DNA of 64,000 nt, from NCBI GenBank assembly GCA_002633005.1, contig NMRA01000145.1:467441-531440 (forward strand). Reading direction: 5' to 3'. The translations under genes and the position numbers were made by a program. This document shows, piece after piece, positions 47,520-58,177 of this stretch. The notes under the pieces were generated by a model. The model was not told the DNA's origin, did no database searches, and saw only the letters and a list, made by a program, of their open reading frames with translations. Position 1 is the first letter of the stretch. The number at the start of each line of letters is the position of its first letter. This DNA is from Phoronis australis (taxonomy: Eukaryota; Animalia; Phoronida).

Positions 47520-49224
47520 TCTGATGCGTCGTGTAACCTCGTTTTCGAGCCGGGCGATTGCAGCGCCGCTAAAGCGTGAAAGTAGAGACGATTTTTGTTG
47601 CTATGGGAAAGGAAGTTTTGATGTGTCTTCTTCAAGCTAAGATTGAATTTTTTCCCATGTCGTGCTAGAAATGCCAGCTACCAGTTACATTTTGATTTAA
47701 ATGGATTTTTGCGTTGCACTATAGGATTTTTGTTCCTGCTAATGTTGTGTTCATTCGTATCATAACTAGGTGACCGGGGTCCACCCTGGGTGAAATTGGG
47801 AAAGCATGGAAGATGACGCAAATTAAAGGCAACCATGGGGAGAGATTTGAGTGGTGATCATTTGGGGAGAAATAATTGTAGCCACTGATGCTCAAGAATT
47901 AAAATCTTCTGTCACTTTTGACTGGCATTTTTTGTTTTATGTGCTATTTGAGGCTCGCTTGCTACACCGTTGTCAGTGTAACACGCGCGTAGGAATCTCT
48001 GTGTCAGTGCACTCTTTGCGTCAGTTCACGTATATGTGTAGACTGGCATTCTAGTTTGACAGCTCAGTTTTCACAGGCGTGTTTTACCTGTTGAAGTTAA
48101 TAATTATTATATTATTTACAACACTGTCGTGTTTTTCGTATTATTATTTTGAGAACCGTTCATCTTAGAAATGAGTGCTGAGCAAAATAAAAGGACTTTT
48201 GTGTTCCAATAGGTCTTGTTTTCTTCAAACAAAATGCAGATTTTTGAAGGGGTGTGTGGATATGCACCAAACACTAAACCTAGCATAGCTTCAAAAACCT
48301 ACGGGTTTGAGTCGCATGAATGGAGTCGACATATTGTGAAACTTTTATGCTGGTAAGTCGCATCAACACCCAAATGCTTAAATACTGGTTCGGAGCAGGT
48401 AATTTGGACACCACTGAAAGTATCATTTTTTCAACCGTAAATATCCATATCTGTCATTTTTCCGAAACCGCAAATTCTAGTGGGGCACGTACTATCATGC
48501 TCGGCCTCTTGTATGGCAGAAGAACAACTGCGTGACCTCTTTATATGTCCAATAACATTACCCCTCTGGTCGTATCCACTGTTCTCTATTTTAACTTTTA
48601 ATGTGCTCTCGAAGATCTTGATTAGTTTTAGCATAAACTTTGCTAATAGTGGGGGGGGGTGGGGTGAACCTTTTCAAGCGCAGATCCAGGGTTTTGTCCA
48701 GGGCGTCCGAAAATGAACCGGCATGCACAGTAGGCAGTGCGTAGGATTCTTAGTCCACTGCGGGGTTCGAAGACTGACCAGGGAGGTGGTTTAGGTCTCC
48801 TTTTAGAGCGAAACTTGCTTCTCTGTAGTATGAGACGGTGATGGGGGTTGTATTAACTCATCAGTACAGTACAGTTGACTTTTTTCTGCTCTGTAATCCT
48901 GTAATAGATTTTCATGGTTGCACCTGCAAAACCCAGTTTGTTTCGTCACTGATGTAGCAATATGAATGATATTTGTTTGGCATCTTGCTCGATAGATAAT
49001 TTCACAACCAGGTAGCGCCACCTAGAGTCTTTTAATCTAACTGAGAGTCACAGATTAACAGGAAACTGTGTGAGTGTAAGTTATGTAAAAAATTGACTAC
49101 ACAAAAACAATGAAAGAGACAAGATTTTTTATTCTTGCGTTCGACTCAACAAAGACAACAGCTCATGTTCCAAAAAATTTTCGATATAAATTTGGGAGAG
49201 CGATTCCAAACCAGTTTTTTATTA

Positions 49225-49515
49225 TGAGTCCAGCGTCCGCAACTGTATCTCCTAAACCTCTCATAGGACCTTGGTGAGATTTGGCAGATGTGTTTGCGTG
49301 ACTGAGCTGACGACAGATGGCGACGAATTTCGGACCTATTCGACTATTGGTGTGCCCCCTAGCACCAATTTTTATTTTTTTACGTTTACCTCTACGCCTT
49401 CGGAGGTCTTCAACGTATTTTCATAAAATTTGGCATATAGGCATCTATTAGTGAGATGTCAGTCGACGTCATTTTAGATACTGCGACTACTGCTGCCCCC
49501 TGGTGGCAGTTTCTA
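49225..49515 (-). repeat. Inverted copy of the CCACTAGGGGGC-containing repeat family (cf. 17200-17960)
   Basis: CTGTATCTCCTAAAC, GTGCCCCCTAG, TACGTTTACCTCT, CATCTATTAGTGAGATG and GCCCCCTGGTGGCAGTTT are reverse complements of segments at 17280-17940. Confidence 0.8.
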
Positions 49516-52149
49516 TAGTTAGATTTTTTTGTGAAATTTTAACTTTGGCCAGTACATTTCTATCGAGGAAACGATGACACATGCATGTTTGAGAGCGAAA
49601 TTTCAATATTATTCTACTATTCTCTTAAGATATTTTGTTTTCTGTCTATTATCGTACTTGAGGATGACTATTGTAACGCCGTTTACATGCTGAACTCCAG
49701 AGTCATATTCATTTCCCACTTCTAACTTTTAATTTGGCCAAATCTAATATTGTTTACATGCAAGTTTTAGAATGAGTCTAACCTGTGCTGACACAGCAGT
49801 CAGTGACAGTTTTAGCGCTTTGGAAACCATTCACATGTCTTACCTGTGCCCCTCCCCCGTCAGCAGTAAACTGATGCTATGCCCTGGTAACGTCCACCTT
49901 ATTACCTGATAACAATTTTTACAGGATGCTAATCGCTTTACCGATCCCACCCAAATCTGATTTTGTCACTTGTTGTAACACTCCCATGAGAGATAAAAAC
50001 GACATCTCTTAAAAATATTGAACGCACGGGTTTCAAAATTTCATTGTGGCTGAGGCTTACACCTAGCAAAATGATCTCAGTACAAATTAATACGCAAACT
50101 AACATGATAATAAAAGCCTTTTGCCATAATAGGGAACTTAGAATGTAAATTAATTGAAAAAAATCAGTAATACAGGCTGAATTAAGTTCACGTTAAGTAT
50201 GAAAGTAGACATGCGTGGTTGTTACTATGGCGGCTGAGTACCGTAAAAGCATTCCTCCTTAAACTAGAATTTGACAAGCATGATAATAAATAATGTGAAG
50301 CTATTAGGCACAAAAATTCAAGTAAGCTTCACACTTCATAATCCAAACGTAACCAGTTTGTGTAAACCAAGTAAGGTTTTTCATATTTTGCCGCTTTGAT
50401 ACTTTCTTGAAGTAAAAAGTAACTAGTAACAAAAGCCTGAATCAAAAGCACAGTTTATACGTGAAACTCAGACAATGTTGAGTCCTGTTGTGACACATAA
50501 TCATACCTTGAACAGAAACTGACTTTCAAACAAAAAAAAAACGATTTCATGCAATTTCAATTATTAGAGTTTAGCAGAGTGCAAGGTCTATTGAATGGGC
50601 ATTTCACATTGAAATAAATAGAAGATTCATGATACTTATGGCACAAGCACTGGAAAATTGTACAAAACTGGTTTTTTGTAGCAACGTGTCGACAAATGCA
50701 TTATAATTACATCTTCACCAATGAAAATGTAGCCGGTTAGACAATTCATGCCTTTCAGTTCAGTTCAGAAAAGTCGCCATTACGGGTAGAACGTGAACTG
50801 TGAGTACTTTAACCACTCAATAAGTTGACACCAGCGTGATTAAATTCTGGTGTAAACTCTACAACTATAGCTAAAAATCTGATAACAAACCTATGTTTTG
50901 CTGTTTTGTTGGTCGATCGGTTTTAAGCCATTCACATTCTACTTTTTGGGACCTCACGCTGCTATGGTCACCACGCGCGTTCAAAGTCGTGGTCGGTGGC
51001 TTATGACTGTCAGTAACATAGAGCGTCTAATCGTCGTCATGAACCTGTCATCTAGTACGCAAACACACGACCCACTTGGCGAAGTTGGCCGGGTACGGCC
51101 CAAGCGATTACGTAAAATGCTTTGATTCAGAACCAAATTTTAAATTATTACCAACTCATTTATTACGGCAGTTAGTAGTACCAGTAATAAATACAAAAAT
51201 TTTGTTGATCATTTATATCCTATGCGTAACGAATATGCTGGGGCTGAACCTTTTAAAGGGGGGGGGGGGGGTGGGAGATCGAACCCCTCCCCGAACCCCC
51301 CACACTTTACGGGCCTGCGTAGTGGAGTGAAAGCGTTTAGTAAGGCGTGTCTGTGGTCAGTGGCTCACCATTAACGTCACGGTAGCTTGCGTATTTTTGC
51401 ACTTTCTTAGATTCGAGAATCGTCGAACTTGGTCTCGAACCCAATGAGAAATACCGACGAACAACTTGATGAATCTCGCTGACATGGTGGGGCGAATCGG
51501 GGGCACGCACCAGTGGGACTTGTTGACGGAGAGGAAGATTTGGGGTCAAAAGGGGGATGGTGGCGATCAGGAGCGAACAGTCTGAATTCTATCGTGACCA
51601 GCGGTCATCAATGAAGTCTGCGGTAAAAAGTCTTGGACTACAAAAGCAGTTATGTTAAGCCGATCCGTTATACCAAACTTACCGGTAGACCAAAAATGGT
51701 AATGCCTTCCACCTTATGAATGGCAACTGATGTCATATGCATGTGTCTAGTGAGGTTTCAGTGTAGGTTTCGTGCAAGAATGTATGCCAGAATGCTGAAC
51801 CTGTCTCTTGTCGCCAGTATGCACGCCCAAGATATCGTTTGTTTATGAAGAATCGGTCTTAACATGTGATTTACTTTAATTAACAATTAATTAATAGCAA
51901 AAGCAGCAATTACAGAAAGGTTAAAGCTGCTGCAAACCTCGGTGAATTAGATCACTTACCGTTATGAAGTTGATCTCAACTTGTGAGTGGTTTTTGACTT
52001 GCAATAAATGACATTTTGTTACAGTTCATTACAAAAATTGACCTGCGTGACGAGCTAACCTGTGAATTATAGTCTTAAGCAGCGGTTGATTCATAACCAG
52101 CCAAGAAATCGTATCTGACTTTCAGACTAATTTCATTACCCTAAGGGTT

Positions 52150-54957
52150 CCAGGAATCTGATTTTGAGACCGAGAAACGTGGGGACGGAAGGAGCCAAAG
52201 TCAGGAGAACAGCGAATATTACAAACGTGACTGTAGCTTGTCTAGGAGCATTCGAACATTCATTTTGGGTGAACTGTGAGGGAGGAAATGCAAGTACCGG
52301 GAAACATTAATAGGGACGAAAACGAAAAAGGGCTAAGAAATGCCCTAACCAGAAAAAGCTATTACGGTCTTTGAGACTGAAATGAAAATGAATTTTGATA
52401 TTTCAACGAAAATATTCTGCAAATTTATCCATCTTTATCCTAGAGAAGTTACAGTTGACTTGTTACTGTAGCAACATTTGTCCAAATCCACACGAGACGG
52501 CAAAATGTAAAAGTATGCGGAATGGATTAACTATGATTGATGTTGATGATAAAATTGAGTGTACCATTCCCAATAAACTCAAGCGTTTTCCTCTTGAGTT
52601 GCATGTTCTTGTTTGTTGGTAACAGAAATAAAATTCTAACCCGGTGTTTAATGTTGTGCGCCCGATTGTAAAAGAGTACAAGGCGCAATCGCTTTTTGTT
52701 CTTTAGACATTTAAACATAGCGAAATGGAGCGACGTTCTTGGCAAGAGAGGTACATGTACATGAAGTTTTCCAGAAATGACCAGTGACTCGGAATCAAAC
52801 CCCGCTTCCTACAGTGTATGCAGTAGGAGTCGGACGCCGCTGTGCCACAGAGCCAAATCTCACGAACTAAATTGGAAATATTTTTTTCAAAAGCGGTTTT
52901 AATGCTATATATAGCACCGTCGGACAACGACGAGAATTAATGATTTGTATCAGAATCCCATAACACCACGGGTTTTGTTGTTTAGTAGCCAAGCTAATAA
53001 CTGAACGCCGGGTTTTACCATCCAAAAATAATCCCCAAAATACGTCTTTCCGCAGTAAAACCTTTTAAACAACACGGATTAAAGCAAAGAAAATTTCCCG
53101 GAGACCCCTTCGGGTCATGGTTACCTCAAACCAGCGTTCTATAGACGCAAGACGCTTGCGAAGAGAATTTTCTATCATAGTTCAATGTCCAGTCCTTTCA
53201 GTGTCTGCCGTTTTACAAGGAAACATTAGTTAGCTTCCGAGCAAAAAATATTCGCCTTTCATTCGACGAGTGATTTTTGCTTGATCTTGCTTCATTATGA
53301 GTTTCTCTCGTGTTCAAAACGTACTTCAGAGGAAGGTCCCGAAGAACAAGTTTTTTGCGGTACTAGCGAGACCACGAAGGCGAAAGTTTACTGAGCAAGC
53401 TCGGGAATTTCAGTGTTCATTACATCACTATCTCGGATCATTCCACGAGACTGTAATGGGTAGTAAGCTACATTATTCCAACTTCATAAGGCAATTAAGA
53501 TTTCTGCCAGCAAGTTTCTGGTTTGCACTACGTTACGCAGTCCACTTTATGCGAATAACTCCGTGTAGTACTGACGAACAACTAAAAGATTAACTTCAGA
53601 TGTTGCCCCCTGACGACTTGGATTTTTTACCACTTGTTCGAATTGAATGAGGGATGTCCCTATCCACGAAATAGATCGGGAGGTGCTCGGCTATATTTGG
53701 TGGGTTTTGTGGATGGGAAATTGAAATACCAACCTTTCAGTAGAGAGTCGGCAGGATGCGATTAACCAAATTCAATCCAGATTAAGACGCACACTTGTTA
53801 GGAGCTTCTGTAAAAATCACCTCGTAGAGTTTTCCAGCTTTTCACACAAATTATAACTGAGAGGCACGTTCCGAATGAGCGGCATTCATTTATCTAAGTG
53901 AGCGACAACAACTGTCGACGTCTGCAACAACAGTAAAACAAAGGAGCATCCGAGTCATAACCAACACAAGAGGTCGCTTTGTGGGAAAATTATTATTATT
54001 TCCTGATATGAGCTGATCGACCCACAACAGACAAGGCAGAAATAAAGAGATCAACATACTTTAGGATAATCATTCCTTCTACATGTTCATAGCCGTATTC
54101 CGTGTTGTTCAGCTCTAATACATACCTGAGCTCATTGACCAAAGTTGTCGAAGTTAGACTAAGGTAAGTGGAATGCATTTTCAGGCCTTCATGTTACTGC
54201 GACCCAGTGACCTTTCGATTGACGACAATGTCATCAACTGGTCTAAAGAACATCGATCACTGCTAAGCCATCCACTATGTACTTTGGCTACAGGCTGTGT
54301 ACGTGGTTATTTATTGTAGGGTATAATTTCATAAGATACATCAAATTATCAAGAATTTCCGGAAAAAGGTACAAGCAACGTCAGAGATTATGCTGAGAAT
54401 CAATTTCTTGGAAATCCAGGGACAAGCTTTTTCTGTGTTGGAAGCTAATTAACTTGCATATCAATTTTAAAATTGGTGCTTCCTTGTTGGTGGGTGTAAT
54501 GTTTTTGTTGTTTGTATTTGTAAACGCTCACTAAATTACGGATGGGCGTCACAGCACTGAAATAAGTGTGTGTGTGGGGNGGGGGGGGGGGGAGGGCTAC
54601 AGTCCTCTAGCCTCCCATAGTGCGCCGCTATGTGACCATGGGCGGCACATCACTGAAATAAATGGGGGCTATAGCCCCCAGCCCCCTATGGTGCGCCATA
54701 GACCTTAAAGACATTTACAGAAGGGCCATGGAAAAAGCTGTTGGATTGTGTCACTCTGTAGATCTATTTAGATGGAATAGTGAACTGGAAGTATGTCAAA
54801 CATTTTCTGCTTAAAAGCTAACAATAATCGTTATACCCTTTACTTATCATGGAACCACGCTTCCTATTATTAAATACTCTCAGACAACAAACTGAAATGC
54901 CAGAGACTTGCACTAGCTATAGACCCTAAACCGAAGTGGCCAAAAATGAAGCAGGGA
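52150..54957 (+). repeat. Segmental duplication block B (5' region of TPR-TIR paralog 5), with extra insertions at ~52330-53098, ~53173-53360 and ~54422-54770
   Basis: Colinear with 36073-37630 apart from the listed insertions. Confidence 0.9.
54113..54163 (+). other. Putative upstream exon (51 nt) of TPR-TIR paralog 5
   Basis: TTCCGTGTTGTTCAG acceptor and AAG|GTAAGT donor. In phase 2 it reads SNTYLSSLTKVVEVRL(R) and would join -FMMVDRE. Predicted only. Confidence 0.5.
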
Positions 54958-57900
54958 CTGTCCAGGTGTCCCAAAATCCATCACACTTTTAAACCTGGAG
55001 AATTTCGTACATTCTACTTCCAGAATGCATCATTTGCGATCAGAAAAATGCGTTGTGAATAACGTCTCAAGAAATAGAAATATAGAAATATGCAATACGT
55101 ACGTTTTCGTGAAGCATTGTGTTTTTCAAGATTCAGTTAAAGGTTGTTTACGATCTTACACTAGATAGAATTGAATAGACATTAGTATTCAATTTTGATT
55201 GAGAACTCTTTCATTTGAAACAGTTCTTATGACAACAAGCGCGTGCATGCTTGCATTCACTCATTCAACACGAATCTGGTATCTGAGATGAAGACTTCAT
55301 GCGAAGAATTCTGCAATATTGAGATGGGGACCGCTTTTCAGAGAGGAGTTTTATGAAACAAAACGGCGACTCCCAATGACGAATGATCCCCGCAAAGCCC
55401 AAAGTATTTTGGGTTATTTAATTCACTCTGTTTAGTGCGTTTTATGCAGTTGCGTTTTATACAGTTATGTTGTTGAAGAAGCAGCTGACTGGTTTATTTG
55501 CATTAATTGCCAAGGGAGTCATTTTTTATTTACAAACTTGTGATATTGGTTTTGACAGCTGTATCAATGCTTTCGTACATAGATTTCCTTAGCGACTATT
55601 TTTGGATTCTCGTAATAGTTCCATTGTTTATGCTATATCTTTGATAACGCGGACAATGTTTGCTTCAGACAACTTAAATTTTCCAAAACTCCAATGATAC
55701 TTTGAGTTTTAAAAAACTAAAGACTTGAATTTTGTTGTGTTAACAAATTATGACTGTTGAAAATTTTTCCTTTATTCTTGCAAACTATTAAAATTATATT
55801 GCATTGAATCTTGAACATTTTCGGTATACCTTGGCTGCGGTTGGTAGACCAAGTTTCTTGCGAAAGAAGGGAGATCAAGCAATTCCACGCTAGATATCGC
55901 CATGCATTACAACTGAAACACACGACTCAACCAACTTTTCTCATGAATGCTCTGATAATACCTAACACCCAATACACCGCGGAGTACTGTCTAGCACAGA
56001 CAGGATTAAGGCGAAATAAAAAGGCGACCTAATACTCTTAGGAGTGACTCCATATAAAAACCAACAAGTAGAGTCGATATCCAAAACCACAGATTTTTTA
56101 GACATATAACATGAGGTTTGGTGAGATGTAGAAAAATCTCACTTTTTAAGAATTTTCACCCATTATTTTTCTTTTTATGACATGTACCTAGCTTCATTTG
56201 GTTTCCCTTGCTGAACTCAGACCAGTTACAATATTGTGCGCCGGAGTAGACATATTTGAATGCATTTTGCTAGCATGTATTGTAAGCTCATAACAAACGA
56301 GTGATACGATTTGAAAGGAACATGATTGAATAAGTTAATGGCACAACATTCAAAATTCATTTTGAAATCTGTATGCTTTTGTGTGGCAAAAACGGCTATT
56401 TTGAACGTTTTCACTGAAGCCATTTTCGACCAGCTTTGGCACTCTTTAGCAGCCATATTGCTCTATTCCAAGAACTGACCTTATAATATAATAATCTGTT
56501 CAGTCATTCCTATTCTGTTCATAATGTAAAATAAAAAATCTTGCCTATTACTTACGAAGGATTACACGACTAACCGCTGCGGCTGCTCCTATTTGCCTGT
56601 TCTCAGTTGCCTCAACCACCAATAGGAGGCTCTTGGAACATGAAATTAGCTTGCAAAACACAGGCGACAGCTTGTATCATGGACAGCGCAGTACTGAAAA
56701 AGTGTGTGTGTGNCAACACAAGTAACGGTCTCAGTGAACTTCAAACATACCACGTGACTGCCTCCGTAGCCTAGCAAGGGAGGGGGGTCAGGTGCCCCCT
56801 GGCGCCTGCCGAAGAGATTGCCATACAGATGTTGTCTAACACCAGCCTCCCGTTCAGTAACGCTAGGACCTAGCTTAAAAGCAAGACTTTGCGAGATTAC
56901 GCGAGATATTGCCGTGTATTTTAAATACGAGCACGTGACCTTGACTAGCTTTTGGCTAGGTCCTAGCGTAGGTCCTAGCGTCTACTGAACGCACGCCCGG
57001 TATCTGTTAACTGGGGGGCTACACCGCTAACAACCGGAGTGGGGTAGGGGGGTGCCACTTGAGGTGTCGACAGGGGGCAAGGAAGTGCTCGCCACTAGAC
57101 TGACTACTGTCATTTCAGGTGTTCAGGGTACAGACACTTTCTGCTTGGGTGAAAACATCGCACACCTCACGTCTGGTCCTGCTCAGTCACAAATTTACCT
57201 ACTCTGGTTAGTAAGAGCTCATCCTCTGGCACTGGTCTTGATTTATGAGGTACTTTACAGCATTTTATATGTTCTGAAGTGCCTTTAGCATGACTGACCA
57301 AAGCCACAAAGCTTTCGTGATGCACTTTTTGAACATTCTCTAAATGACTTCCGTTCCCCATTTTGTCTTTAAGCACATGATACCCTGGACCAGTCTTTAC
57401 AAATAACAATTCCTACAAGTTCAAAATTCAAAGAGTGTTTAAATTAACCTGTTAATGGAAGAAAACAAGAGCAGCTACATGTACAAGTTTTTGATATATT
57501 CTCAAACCTAATGTCAACTGACTCACTGAGCAAAGGTCACCGGGTTCAGTTTTGATACTGACCGCGTAATACATCCAGAAAACAACTTGTTTTCATTTGA
57601 AAGAGCTTAGACTTGATTTTTAGAACAACTTAATGCAGAATTTGTGTTTATATTTTCGTCCAAATGATCTGTAAACTCATCATTTCCGAAGAAGTCTGTT
57701 TTGAAAGACAATTTTCACTAAAATAAAGCAAGATATTTTTTGCTCAAAGTGCAATATGGCGGTAAGTGGGTCACTAAATTAGCTAGGAAAAGTGGATTAT
57801 CTCCTCTGTCTAGCACGTAGCTATCAAATTTGAATAAATACTAAATAATTATGCACAGTATACATTGGTTATTGCAGACACGAAAGCACAACTTTTAAAC

Positions 57901-58177
57901 TAGTTTGTAAGTTACTTATTTTCGTTGCTAAAAACATACAATTTTCAAAACAGCTAATATGACCAATTAAGGTCTAATGCTCCAGCGGTGAAATTAAGGG
58001 TCATTGAGTGCACAAAATGTACGTTTTTGTTAGGATACCTATCCATGTACAAAAAGTGAAGTTGTTTTGAATTTTGACGTATAGACTATCTTTGAAGCTC
58101 TACTGGTTTTTATATAGCCTGCCTCTTAGTTCTTTAAAAGGAAATCCACTGATTAGCATTGCCTGTATTACAGGTTC

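Larger units (their letters stand above)
41072..47590. mobile_element. ISL2EU-type (PIF/Harbinger-related) autonomous DNA transposon with two convergent genes; ends approximate
   Basis: A THAP+DDE transposase on + and a SWIM+YqaJ exonuclease on -, the gene pair characteristic of ISL2EU. The inverted repeat CTACTTTCACGC (41078-41089) / GCGTGAAAGTAG (47574-47585) brackets the pair. TSD not unambiguously identified. Confidence 0.82.

Noticed and set aside
40158-49552. CTGGCCAAAGT / ACTTTGGCCAG as alternative ends of the ISL2EU element
   Set aside because: Only 11 bp, no direct-repeat TSD, and the interval would include unrelated repeats. The inner inverted motifs fit the gene starts better, though this alternative is not excluded.
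57167-57409. Possible hAT-type zinc-finger fragment (ALVSHAKG..H)
   Set aside because: A single weak motif with no supporting cysteines in frame and no element ends.
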